Source of the DNA: a bacterium
Lineage (GTDB): Bacteria > Patescibacteriota > Microgenomatia > Levybacterales > UBA12049
Reading direction: 5' to 3'
DNA length: 64,000 nucleotides
Assembly: GCA_021813145.1 (NCBI GenBank)
Contig: JAKALS010000004.1
Span: 8,594 to 72,593, forward strand
Positions 31,887 through 40,539 of this stretch are shown here, piece after piece. The notes beneath the pieces are model-generated. The model did no database searches and was not told where the DNA came from. It saw only the letters and a list, made by a program, of their open reading frames with translations. Numbering within the stretch: the first letter of the stretch is position 1; the number at the start of each line of letters is the position of its first letter. Made by a program: the position numbers and the translations under genes.

Positions 31887-32369
31887 ATGAAGAAAAGTGT
31901 GTACGGACGAAAATTTAAAAGAGATGTAGACGAAAGAAAGGCCTTATTCAAGGGTCTTATGTCCTCGCTTGTGCTTAACGAAAGAATAAAAACAACAGAA
32001 CCCAAAGCAAAAGCGATAAAGGGTGAGGTAGACAAACTCGTTACTAAGGCAAAAAAAGATGGTATATTGGCAAGAAAACTTCTCTCTTCAAAATTAACCC
32101 CGGAGGCAATAGACAAAATGATAAATGATGTATCGAAAAGATTTGATAAAAGACAGGGCGGATATACAAGGACATTAAGGCTGGGAAAAAGATTCGGCGA
32201 TGACGCGACAATGGTAGTTATGGAGTGGACAGAGATATCAAAAGCGGTAGCTGTAGTAGAACCGGAAAAACCCTCCGCTAAACCTGCGCAAGGGCAAGGG
32301 AAAAAGGCAAGTACGGCAAAGAAAGTTTCACCTAGAAAAAGAGCAGTAAAAAAGGAGACTAAAAAATAA
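31887..32369 (+). CDS. rplQ: 50S ribosomal protein bL17 with basic C-terminal extension
   Basis: IKTTEPKAK, RQGGYTR, RFGDDA. Confidence 0.97.
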   Translation: MKKSVYGRKFKRDVDERKALFKGLMSSLVLNERIKTTEPKAKAIKGEVDKLVTKAKKDGILARKLLSSKLTPEAIDKMINDVSKRFDKRQGGYTRTLRLGKRFGDDATMVVMEWTEISKAVAVVEPEKPSAKPAQGQGKKASTAKKVSPRKRAVKKETKK

Positions 32370-32794
32370 TGACAAAGGCGACTAAAGCATCGGAAATAAA
32401 AAGAGAATGGCACATAGTTGATATAAAGGATAAGATTTTGGGAAGGGAAGCAACAAAAATAGCAAACCTTCTTATGGGTAAATCGAAACCTAATTTTGTA
32501 AGAAATCTTGACTGCGGAGACAGTGTTGTTGTAATAAATGCCAAAGAGGTAAAAGTTTCCGGAAAAAAGGAAACACTTAAAAAATATTACAGGCACTCCG
32601 GATATCCGGGAGGATTTAAGTCCGAAAGGTTAATCGACTTAAGGCAAAGAAAGCCGGAACTGATTATAATAGAAGCAGTAAAAGGAATGCTCCCTCAAAA
32701 CAGATTAAGGGACCAAATGCTTAAAAGGCTTTTTGTATTTCCGGGGGAAGAGCATACCCATCAGGATAAATTTAAAACAGGAGGTAAAGAATAA
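32369..32794 (+). CDS. rplM: 50S ribosomal protein uL13
   Basis: LGREAT, DCGDSVVVINA, HSGYPGG, VKGMLP. Confidence 0.99.
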   Translation: MTKATKASEIKREWHIVDIKDKILGREATKIANLLMGKSKPNFVRNLDCGDSVVVINAKEVKVSGKKETLKKYYRHSGYPGGFKSERLIDLRQRKPELIIIEAVKGMLPQNRLRDQMLKRLFVFPGEEHTHQDKFKTGGKE

Positions 32795-32852
32795 AAGAGT
32801 TCAGCGATAAGTTTGACTTATCGTTTAATACTAAATTTTTTAAATTTTAAAT

Positions 32853-33317
32853 ATGACAGAAATTGCAGACGAAAGAAAAAATCCGAAAAAAGAATATATT
32901 TTTGCAGTAGGAAAAAATAAAGAAGCAGTGGCAAGATTAAGGTTGTATGAAACTCTTAAATCCGGTCTTACCCTAAACGGAACCGAAGTGGAAAAAGGTA
33001 AGATGTATGTAAACGGCAAAAATATAGAGCAATATTTTGGAGGAGAAGCGGCAAAAGCAAAATTCCTCGAGCCTTTTAGGATAACAAATACTCTTGATAA
33101 ATTCACATTAACATTTAGGGTAAGCGGCGGAGGTAAAGGCGGACAGTTGGACGCAGTGGTTCATGCAATAGCGAGGGCGCTTTCTCTAATGGATATAAAA
33201 AACAGACAGATGCTTAAAAAAAGAGGATTCTTAACAAGAGATGCAAGAGTAAGAGAAAGAAGAAAAGTCGGAATGGGCGGAAAATCAAGAAGACAAAAAC
33301 AAAGTCCCAAGAGGTAA
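32853..33317 (+). CDS. rpsI: 30S ribosomal protein uS9
   Basis: GGGKGGQLDA, LTRDARVRERRKVG, QSPKR. Confidence 0.98.
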   Translation: MTEIADERKNPKKEYIFAVGKNKEAVARLRLYETLKSGLTLNGTEVEKGKMYVNGKNIEQYFGGEAAKAKFLEPFRITNTLDKFTLTFRVSGGGKGGQLDAVVHAIARALSLMDIKNRQMLKKRGFLTRDARVRERRKVGMGGKSRRQKQSPKR

Positions 33318-33398
33318 ATCCGTTTAACAGGCGAGAACAAATGCTTAGATGGTATAAATTAGATCCCGGCTTCTAGATCTAATTCCCAGTTTCCACTT

Positions 33399-33740
33399 TC
33401 AGCCATCAATTTCCAGGTATTCTTTTATTGCAACTGCGTTGTTGTGCTCTACGTTTTTTGCTCCGAAGACCAAAGTAACTGTCCCTTTATGTTTTTTGAT
33501 TTCTTCAATCAAGTCTTTTTTTGTTTCTAATTCTTTAAAATATTTTTTTCTAAAGTCGGACCATTTTTCATCTTCGTGATTAAACCATTCACGAAGTTCG
33601 TTAGAAGGACCTATATCTTTTAGCCATAAGTCTATTTTTGCTTCTTCTTTTGAAATCCCTCTTGGCCAAAGCCTGTCTACAAGAATTCTTGTTCCGTCGT
33701 CTTTCGAAGCTTTTTCATAAACTCTTTTAAGGAAAATCAT
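33399..33740 (-). CDS. DUF488/YeaO family protein
   Basis: KRVYE...[14 protein letters not shown]...PSNELREWF...HNNA. Confidence 0.93.
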   Translation of the reverse strand: MIFLKRVYEKASKDDGTRILVDRLWPRGISKEEAKIDLWLKDIGPSNELREWFNHEDEKWSDFRKKYFKELETKKDLIEEIKKHKGTVTLVFGAKNVEHNNAVAIKEYLEIDG

Positions 33741-33794
33741 ATAATCTATCTTACACTATCAGTCAATGTTAAAGCCGGATATATGCTATATAGG

Positions 33795-34337
33795 TTAAAG
33801 AAGTTTTTTTTCAATCATTTTTTTGCCCCAAGGGGAAAGGTTTTCAAAGATTCTGGATTTTTTGTTATAAAGTTCTTCTTTTGTTGCAAGGGAATATCCG
33901 TAGGCAAAATCAAGATTTGGTTTTGGAAATTTATTTATCTCTACTATTAAAATATCGCAGTATTCGTGTTCGGTATAAATGCTTTTTGGATCTCTCGATT
34001 TGTAATAGACATATCCCAAGTTTTTTATTTCCCCCCTTAAATCCTCTTCCTTAATATTCCATTCTCTTTTTAAAGAATTGATAACCGCTTCGTTAAGGTT
34101 TTCAAAATCTCCCCTTTTTTGCAGCTGATGGGAAGCAGAGCTTAAATCCAATACCGCGTCGAATGCGGGATGTCGTCTGTGCTGTAAAAGATAATAATTT
34201 TTATAAACAAGAATAACCCCGAAACCTCTATGAAGAACTCCTTTTTTGTGGGCTTCCCATTTTTCTATAAATCCCAGATGTTTCCCCTTTTTATCGACTT
34301 TTTCTATATATTGTTTTTCATCGTAATAGTTTTTCAT
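33795..34337 (-). CDS. Type 1 isopentenyl-diphosphate isomerase-like Nudix protein (start likely MKNYY)
   Basis: KWEAHKKGVLHRGF, LLQHR, EHEYC resemble IDI-1; the catalytic Cys position reads SSASH. Confidence 0.7.
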   Translation of the reverse strand: MKNYYDEKQYIEKVDKKGKHLGFIEKWEAHKKGVLHRGFGVILVYKNYYLLQHRRHPAFDAVLDLSSASHQLQKRGDFENLNEAVINSLKREWNIKEEDLRGEIKNLGYVYYKSRDPKSIYTEHEYCDILIVEINKFPKPNLDFAYGYSLATKEELYNKKSRIFENLSPWGKKMIEKKLL

Positions 34338-34420
34338 AGGTTTGCCCTGAGCCTGGAAATGTATTATAATCCAACGGTTGATAAAATAACAATTCCTCAT
34401 CAACGGGCTGGATAAAAATT

Positions 34421-35194
34421 ATGAAGGAAATTTTTCTGGTAAAACTTGGGGGTTCGGTAATTACGGATAAAAAGACTCCTTATAACGCGAATAAGGACAC
34501 TATAAGGCGTTTGGCAAAAGAAATTCTCCAAAGTAAAAAAAATGTTGTTATTGCCCATGGCAGCGGCAGCTTCGGCCATCCTTCTGCCGTTAAATACGGA
34601 GGTAAAAAAGGTTATAAGAGTAAATTAGGGCTTGCAAAAGTTGCCAGAGACGCAATGGAGATAAACAGGATTGTAATGGAGATTCTGGTAGAAGAGGGTT
34701 TGCCCGCTGTTTCTTTCCGGCCCATGAGTATGGTTTTCTCCGAAAAAGGAAAGACAAAAGAAAATTTTTTCCAAGTTATAAAAGCTGCGGTTTCACAGGG
34801 GTTTATTCCTGTTGTTTACGGGGATGTAATTATGGATAAAAACTGGAAAACAACAATTCATTCCGGAGAAAATACATTAAATGAAATAGGAATTTATCTT
34901 AGAAAAAACGGATTTTTGGTAAATAGGATAATACAGGCCGGAAAAACAAGCGGAGTTTACGACGGCAACGGAAAAACAATTCCCCAGATTTCTAAAAATA
35001 CCTGGCCTAAATTTAAAAAATTTGTAAATAAATTAAAAGTAAAAGACGTAACGGGAGGAATGCTTCATAAAATTGAAGAATCTCTGCAAATGACAGAATT
35101 TGGAATTACAACAATCCTTGTTAACGGAGAAACAAAAAAGGAATTATTAAAAGCTCTTGCAGGCAAAAAGGTTGAAGGAACCTTAATTAAATAA
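34421..35194 (+). CDS. Isopentenyl phosphate kinase (amino-acid kinase family)
   Basis: VKLGGSVITDK, HGSGSFGH, PVVYGDV, DVTGGM. Confidence 0.88.
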   Translation: MKEIFLVKLGGSVITDKKTPYNANKDTIRRLAKEILQSKKNVVIAHGSGSFGHPSAVKYGGKKGYKSKLGLAKVARDAMEINRIVMEILVEEGLPAVSFRPMSMVFSEKGKTKENFFQVIKAAVSQGFIPVVYGDVIMDKNWKTTIHSGENTLNEIGIYLRKNGFLVNRIIQAGKTSGVYDGNGKTIPQISKNTWPKFKKFVNKLKVKDVTGGMLHKIEESLQMTEFGITTILVNGETKKELLKALAGKKVEGTLIK

Positions 35195-35853
35195 TGGCAG
35201 TAGAAAGAATCGGAGATTCTCTTAGGGAAGAGTCAGGAATTGAACGGGAAGTCGTTCAAAGCGCCGGAGTGGCGCTTTTAATAGTAGGTTTTGATCCTTT
35301 AAAAAACGGAGATAATATAACGGATCCCCTTATCTGGACAATAACCGAACTTCAGGATAAACCCGAAACACAAAAAAGGGCAGGAGACACTTCTATTCCA
35401 TCAGAAACAAGAAAACAAAATGAAACAAGAACACAGAATATTTTGGGAGCTTTGGCTGAATTTTGTGATGAAGGCTGCGTAGGCGGATTAAGCAGACATT
35501 TATTTTTTGCCCCCGGTTCTTATAAGGATGAAGCAATTTCTATAAACGGCAATCTTGTAGATATCGGCGTTTTGGTTTACGACGGTCCTTTAGATGTTTT
35601 TTTTAATCCCCAAAACTGCGAGGAGGTCTCGGGAAACGGATGGCAAAAAAGAAGCGTTATCGAGCAAGGAGAAAATATAAGAAGTGTTTTAAGGCTTGCG
35701 CTGGAGGAGGATAAAAAAGAGGGTTTAACAAGAAAGGCACTCGAGACGTACTATGCAAATTCCGGGATACAAATAGTCCCGGAAGGTTTTTCTATAAGAA
35801 ATTATTACCAAGCAAGAGAAAGCCGAAAGGACCTTACCCTTAAAAAAGGTTAA
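35194..35853 (+). CDS. Hypothetical protein, possibly degenerate Nudix fold
   Basis: Start overlaps the IPK stop; SIPSETRKQNETRTQNILGALAEF follows Nudix-box spacing. Confidence 0.65.
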   Translation: MAVERIGDSLREESGIEREVVQSAGVALLIVGFDPLKNGDNITDPLIWTITELQDKPETQKRAGDTSIPSETRKQNETRTQNILGALAEFCDEGCVGGLSRHLFFAPGSYKDEAISINGNLVDIGVLVYDGPLDVFFNPQNCEEVSGNGWQKRSVIEQGENIRSVLRLALEEDKKEGLTRKALETYYANSGIQIVPEGFSIRNYYQARESRKDLTLKKG

Positions 35854-36914
35854 TTCTGTCTTATCCTCATTGATTCTATGAGTATTAAACAAATTTCCTT
35901 GCATTCTTCCGGCAGAAGAGAATTTTCTATTATTTTTTTTGCTTCATTTAAATTTTTAAGAATTTCCAGTTTTCCTTCTTCTATAGCTCTTGATTTCTCA
36001 AAAATTTCTATAACTTCTTTCTGCTCATTATCTTTTAATTCTTTTCCGAAATATTTTAATAATTTTTCTTTTTGTTGTTTTGTTCCTTTTTCAAAAACAT
36101 AATCCGTAAAAAAAGTATGCTGGTGTTCGGCAATATCCCTTAGAGTATTTTTCTCCAATATTTTAGGGTCTCCTACAATATCCAGCAAATCGTCCTGCAT
36201 TTGGAAAGCAATTCCTAGCCTAGTCCCCAGCTCTTCGCAAAAAGCGTCCATATTGCTGTTGGGGTTTGCTAGATGGGCTCCTATTTGCATGGGCCTGACA
36301 AAGGTGTAGCGGGAAGTTTTAAGCCTTGTTTTATCCTCAATTAAGTTTTTCTTTGCCTTTTTTCTTGTTGCTATATCTATATCCAGAATCTGGCCGAAAC
36401 ATAATTCGTCCACCATTTTGTAAAAATAATTTTGGCTGCTGTTGAGATTTTCCTTTGGAAAATTTTTGTTTCCCAGGAAAAGTTCCATTGCCCAGGAAAA
36501 AAAGAGGTCTCCCATCAGTATCCCCTGGGCGTTTGAGGCGTTTTCCAGATCTCCCGTTCTTTTTTCTTCCTTAAGCCTTTTTAAAACAAAAGCGGGAATT
36601 GTATCCACGCCGTGTCTTTTGTATTGTTTATCCATTATGTCGTCGTGGATCAATGCAAAGTTATGAAATATTTCCAAAGAAACAAAAAGTTTTAATGCGT
36701 TTTGTATATCTTTTCCTCCGTTTGCCGTGTACATTACATAGGCAATGTACGGCCTTATCCTTTTTCCTCCGGCCATTGTTAATTTTTCCGAGTATTCTAT
36801 AAAATCTTTTATGAAATTATCTGAAGAATTAGACGAAAACTTCTTAAGCCTTTGTTCGAGAAAATTTTTTAGTATGGGGTCGAAGACCTGCTTAAATTCC
36901 TGTAGGTTATACAT
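35850..36914 (-). CDS. Short-chain polyprenyl diphosphate synthase (GGPP/FPP synthase; start MYNLQ)
   Basis: GGKRIRP, FALIHDDIMD (FARM), GQILD, KTS, AFQMQDDLLD (SARM). Confidence 0.93.
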   Translation of the reverse strand: MYNLQEFKQVFDPILKNFLEQRLKKFSSNSSDNFIKDFIEYSEKLTMAGGKRIRPYIAYVMYTANGGKDIQNALKLFVSLEIFHNFALIHDDIMDKQYKRHGVDTIPAFVLKRLKEEKRTGDLENASNAQGILMGDLFFSWAMELFLGNKNFPKENLNSSQNYFYKMVDELCFGQILDIDIATRKKAKKNLIEDKTRLKTSRYTFVRPMQIGAHLANPNSNMDAFCEELGTRLGIAFQMQDDLLDIVGDPKILEKNTLRDIAEHQHTFFTDYVFEKGTKQQKEKLLKYFGKELKDNEQKEVIEIFEKSRAIEEGKLEILKNLNEAKKIIENSLLPEECKEICLILIESMRIRQN

Positions 36915-36920
36915 AAAAAG

Positions 36921-36991
36921 TCGGGGTGCCGAGAATTGAACTCGGCCCACACGCACCCCATGCGCGCATTCTACCGATAAACTACACCCCG
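36921..36991 (-). tRNA. tRNA-Pro(GGG), CCA not encoded
   Basis: Reverse complement CGGGGTG TA GTTTATCGGTAGAAT G CGCGC ATGGGGT GCGTG TGGG CCGAG TTCAATT CTCGG CACCCCG A forms a full cloverleaf. Confidence 0.95.
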
Positions 36992-37086
36992 TTTGTGCCA
37001 TTGAATTATATCAAAAAAAGTCCAGGCATGGTACAGTTTGACCTATTGTATTTTGTTAGAGTTTTGTTCTACAATATTTCAGAAAT

Positions 37087-38181
37087 ATGGCAAGGGCGGC
37101 AGGAAATTCTCATAAGACCTCTAACGAACCTTCGGAAGGCGCGCAAAAACTGGAAGCGGTGAAGCTTGCAATGGAACAAATAGAAAAGCAGTATGGGCGT
37201 GGTTCCATAATGCGATTCGGAGAAGCAGGCAATAAACTCGACATTTCCGTTATCTCCACAGGATGTCTTCCCCTGGATTTGGCTCTCGGAGTAGGCGGAG
37301 TGCCAAGAGGAAGAATCATAGAAATCTTCGGCCCCGAAGCTTCGGGAAAAACAACGGTTTGTCTGTCAATTATTGCACAGGCGCAAAAACACGGAGGAGT
37401 CGCGGCATTCATAGATGCGGAGCACGCCCTTGATCCGCTTTGGGCAGAACAAATAGGAGTAAAACTTGATGAACTTCTTATTTCCCAGCCCGACACGGGA
37501 GAACAGGCATTGGAAATTGCTGAAAGCCTTATTCGAAGCGGAGGAATAGACGTTTTGGTCATAGACTCGGTAGCTGCTTTAGTACCGAGGGCGGAACTTG
37601 AGGGCGAAATGGGAGAAGCGGCAATCGGACTTCAGGCAAGGCTTATGTCGCAGGCTTTAAGAAAATTAACAGCCGTTATTTCCAAATCAAAAACAGTAGT
37701 CATTTTTACAAATCAACTAAGGCAAAAAATCGGAGTGATGTTTGGAAATCCCGAAACAACAACAGGAGGACTGGCACTTAAATTTTATTCTTCAGTTAGA
37801 ATGGATATTCGAAAAATAGAAACAATAAAAGATGCGGATAAGGCAGTTGGTTCAAGGCATAGGGTGAAAGTTGTAAAAAATAAAGTTTCTTCGCCCTTTA
37901 GGATTGCGGAATTCGATGTTATGGCGGACACCGGAATTTCAAGGGAAGGCGGAATAATGGACGTAGGAGTTGAGATGGGAATTATACAAAAATCCGGTGC
38001 ATTTTTCAGATACGGAGAACAAATGCTGGGTCAGGGAAAACAGGCCGCAATTTTATATCTTAGAGAAAAACCGGATCTTGCCAAAAAAATAGCGGATGAG
38101 ATAATTAAAAGAAGTAAAACAAATACACCTGTTGAAGTAGGAGTTGAGAATGAAGAAAAAGACAGCGAAGACTCCGAGTGA
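37087..38181 (+). CDS. recA: Recombinase RecA
   Basis: [40 protein letters not shown]. Confidence 0.99.
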   Translation: MARAAGNSHKTSNEPSEGAQKLEAVKLAMEQIEKQYGRGSIMRFGEAGNKLDISVISTGCLPLDLALGVGGVPRGRIIEIFGPEASGKTTVCLSIIAQAQKHGGVAAFIDAEHALDPLWAEQIGVKLDELLISQPDTGEQALEIAESLIRSGGIDVLVIDSVAALVPRAELEGEMGEAAIGLQARLMSQALRKLTAVISKSKTVVIFTNQLRQKIGVMFGNPETTTGGLALKFYSSVRMDIRKIETIKDADKAVGSRHRVKVVKNKVSSPFRIAEFDVMADTGISREGGIMDVGVEMGIIQKSGAFFRYGEQMLGQGKQAAILYLREKPDLAKKIADEIIKRSKTNTPVEVGVENEEKDSEDSE

Positions 38182-38674
38182 AGATTTTGAAATAAACCTC
38201 AATAGAGCATTGCGTTATCTCTCATATAGGGCAAGAAGTGAAAAGGAAATAGTTACATATCTCAATAAAAGAATTAAGATTCAAGACTTAAAAATTAAGA
38301 ATGGAATGATAGAAAAGATAAGAAATAGACTAAGGGAATTAAGATTAATAGATGACGAAGGGTTTGCAAGAATGTGGGCAGAGAACAGAAAAACAAAAGC
38401 ATGGAGAGTTGTAAAAATGGAATTAAGGCAAAAAGGAATATCCGAAGATACAATTCAGAATTTAGAATTTAGAGGTCAGAATGACGATAACCAACCGGAA
38501 TTAAAGATTTTAAATGATGAGGAGAAGGCAAAGAAACTTGCGGAAAAAAGAATGGAAAGATATAAAGAATTGCCGAAGAACGAAATATACCAAAAAATGG
38601 GAAGATATTTGGCTTTAAAAGGATTTGACTGGGACACAATAAAAAGGGTAATTGACGGAATTTTTTCTAAATAG
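38150..38674 (+). CDS. recX: Regulatory protein RecX (two in-frame repeat-like segments)
   Basis: [35 protein letters not shown]; follows recA. Confidence 0.9.
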   Translation: MKKKTAKTPSEDFEINLNRALRYLSYRARSEKEIVTYLNKRIKIQDLKIKNGMIEKIRNRLRELRLIDDEGFARMWAENRKTKAWRVVKMELRQKGISEDTIQNLEFRGQNDDNQPELKILNDEEKAKKLAEKRMERYKELPKNEIYQKMGRYLALKGFDWDTIKRVIDGIFSK

Positions 38675-38680
38675 TATAAT
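38652..38680 (+). promoter_or_regulatory. sigma70-type promoter of rny
   Basis: TTGACG-17 nt-TATAAT. Confidence 0.8.
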
Positions 38681-38793
38681 TAACAGTACTTAGGACACCG
38701 GAAGGTTTTTATGAAAAAGCTAAATACTTTTCTTCAGAAACTCTTAAAAAGGCTTAAAATATAAGCCTTTCTTTGTTGTGTCCTCATTAATAT

Positions 38794-40056
38794 ATGGCAG
38801 ATCAAGATTTAGTAGCACTCGAAAAAAAACTTCTTGAAAGACAGGAAGCATTAGACAGACAAAAAGAAGAATTAGAAAAAGAAGATAAAGAAATACAAAG
38901 ACTTAAAGACGAATACAGGGAAAAACTCTCGAAAGCTTCGGGTCTGACCGCGGAAGAAGCAAAAAAAGAACTCCTTAAAGAGACCGAAGATAAAGAAGCA
39001 TCTGCAGTTGCAAAACTCATTAAAGAAAAAGAGGAAGAAGCAAAATTGACCGCGGATAAAAAATCCCGCGAAATTCTGGTGGATAGTATGCGACACGGAG
39101 CTCTTAACTACATTGCGGAATACACGGTTTCGGAAGTAAAAATCCCCGATGAGGAATTAAAGGGAAGAATTATCGGAAAAGAAGGAAGAAACATAAGAGC
39201 CTTCGAGCAGGCAACCGGAGTAGATGTAGACCTTGATGAAGAAGGAGTAATAAGACTTTCTTCGTTTGACCAGGTAAGAAGGGAAGTGGCAAGAAGGTCT
39301 TTGGAGATATTAATAAAAGATACAAGAATACAGCCTTTTAGGATAGAAGAAATAGTTGAACAGACAAGAAAAGAAGTAGAAAAAATAATGCTCGAAGAGG
39401 GAGAAAAACTTGCTCACGAAGTAGGAGTTTACAATCTTCAACCAGAATTATTGGCCGTTTTGGGGAGATTTAAATTCAGGACCTCTTACGGACAGAACTT
39501 AATAGTACATACGCTTGAAGATACAAAAATCGGAACCCATATAGCGGAAGAAATTGGAGCAAATGTAAATGTTGTAAAACTTGGGTGTCTTTTCCATGAC
39601 ATAGGAAAAGTTGTAGAGGGCGAAGGAAGCCATGTAAAACTCGGCGTTGAGCTTCTTAAAAAATTCAATATTCCTGAGCCTATTGTAAACTGCGTTGCGG
39701 AACACCATGAAGATATTCCTTTCTCTTCCGTAGAATCGGTAATAGTCCATATTGCAGACTCAATTTCGGGGGCAAGACCCGGAGCAAGATACGAAGATGT
39801 CGAAGAATACGGAAAAAGATTAAGAGAAATGGAAGAAATAGCAAAGAAACACGACGGAGTAGAAGACGCGTATGCATTCGAAGCGGGAAGGGAGTTAAGG
39901 GTTATTATAAATCCGGGAAAACTCGATGACGCGCAGACAACAATAGTAGCATCCCAGATACGCGACGAATTAAGCAAATCTCAGGCCGTTCCGGGAGAAA
40001 TAAAAGTAACCGCGATAAGGGAATTCAGGGCAGTAGCATCGGAATTTTCCTCGTAA
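38794..40056 (+). CDS. rny: Ribonuclease Y (no N-terminal transmembrane helix)
   Basis: KGRIIGKEGRNIR (KH), RTSYGQN, FHDIGK (HD), ADSISGARPGAR. Confidence 0.97.
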   Translation: MADQDLVALEKKLLERQEALDRQKEELEKEDKEIQRLKDEYREKLSKASGLTAEEAKKELLKETEDKEASAVAKLIKEKEEEAKLTADKKSREILVDSMRHGALNYIAEYTVSEVKIPDEELKGRIIGKEGRNIRAFEQATGVDVDLDEEGVIRLSSFDQVRREVARRSLEILIKDTRIQPFRIEEIVEQTRKEVEKIMLEEGEKLAHEVGVYNLQPELLAVLGRFKFRTSYGQNLIVHTLEDTKIGTHIAEEIGANVNVVKLGCLFHDIGKVVEGEGSHVKLGVELLKKFNIPEPIVNCVAEHHEDIPFSSVESVIVHIADSISGARPGARYEDVEEYGKRLREMEEIAKKHDGVEDAYAFEAGRELRVIINPGKLDDAQTTIVASQIRDELSKSQAVPGEIKVTAIREFRAVASEFSS

Positions 40057-40154
40057 GTCTTGCTCGGTAGTTCGAAAGTAAACTGCCTCTCAGCTTCAAT
40101 AGATTTACTCCTTGACAAATGCGTCGATTACATTGTATTGTTAAGCTAATCTAA

Positions 40155-40189
40155 TAGCCACTAGTGATTAGCTACTAGCCTTTAGTTTT
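40155..40189. repeat. TAGNNNN 7-nt-period array in the hup leader
   Basis: TAGCCAC TAGTGAT TAGCTAC TAGCCTT TAGTTTT. Confidence 0.6.
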
Positions 40190-40239
40190 AACTGATCGCC
40201 AGTTGCAGTTGCTAAATGCTGAAAGCGGGGTGAATAAAA

Positions 40240-40512
40240 ATGACAAAAAAAGATTTAATCGAATTAGTTGCAAAAAAATCAAATCTTACAAACAAAGCTG
40301 CTAGAGATTCTGTTCAGGCTTTTCTTAATGGAATAAGGGATTCTCTTAAAAGAGGAGAAAAAGTTGTAATCACGGGATTCGGCACATTTTCTGTAAGAAA
40401 AAGAGCAACAAGACCCGGAAGAAACCCAAAGACCGGAGCAAAAATCACTATCGAGGCAAGAAAGGCTCCAGGTTTTACTCCCGGAAAAACTCTCAAAAAG
40501 GCAGTCCGCTAA
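40240..40512 (+). CDS. hup: DNA-binding protein HU
   Basis: ITGFGTF, GRNPKTG; promoter TTGACA (40112)...TATTGT. Confidence 0.98.
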   Translation: MTKKDLIELVAKKSNLTNKAARDSVQAFLNGIRDSLKRGEKVVITGFGTFSVRKRATRPGRNPKTGAKITIEARKAPGFTPGKTLKKAVR

Positions 40513-40539
40513 GGATTCTGATATAATATAGAAGCTCTT

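Noticed and set aside
31862-32596. 244-aa minus-strand ORF
   Set aside because: Antisense shadow of rplQ and rplM; the same applies to the many minus-strand ORFs over rpoC, fusA, tuf, r-protein genes and secA.
36915-37162. N-terminal extension of the prenyl synthase ORF and the 36926-37162 ORF
   Set aside because: Both overlap tRNA-Pro; the likely start is 36914.
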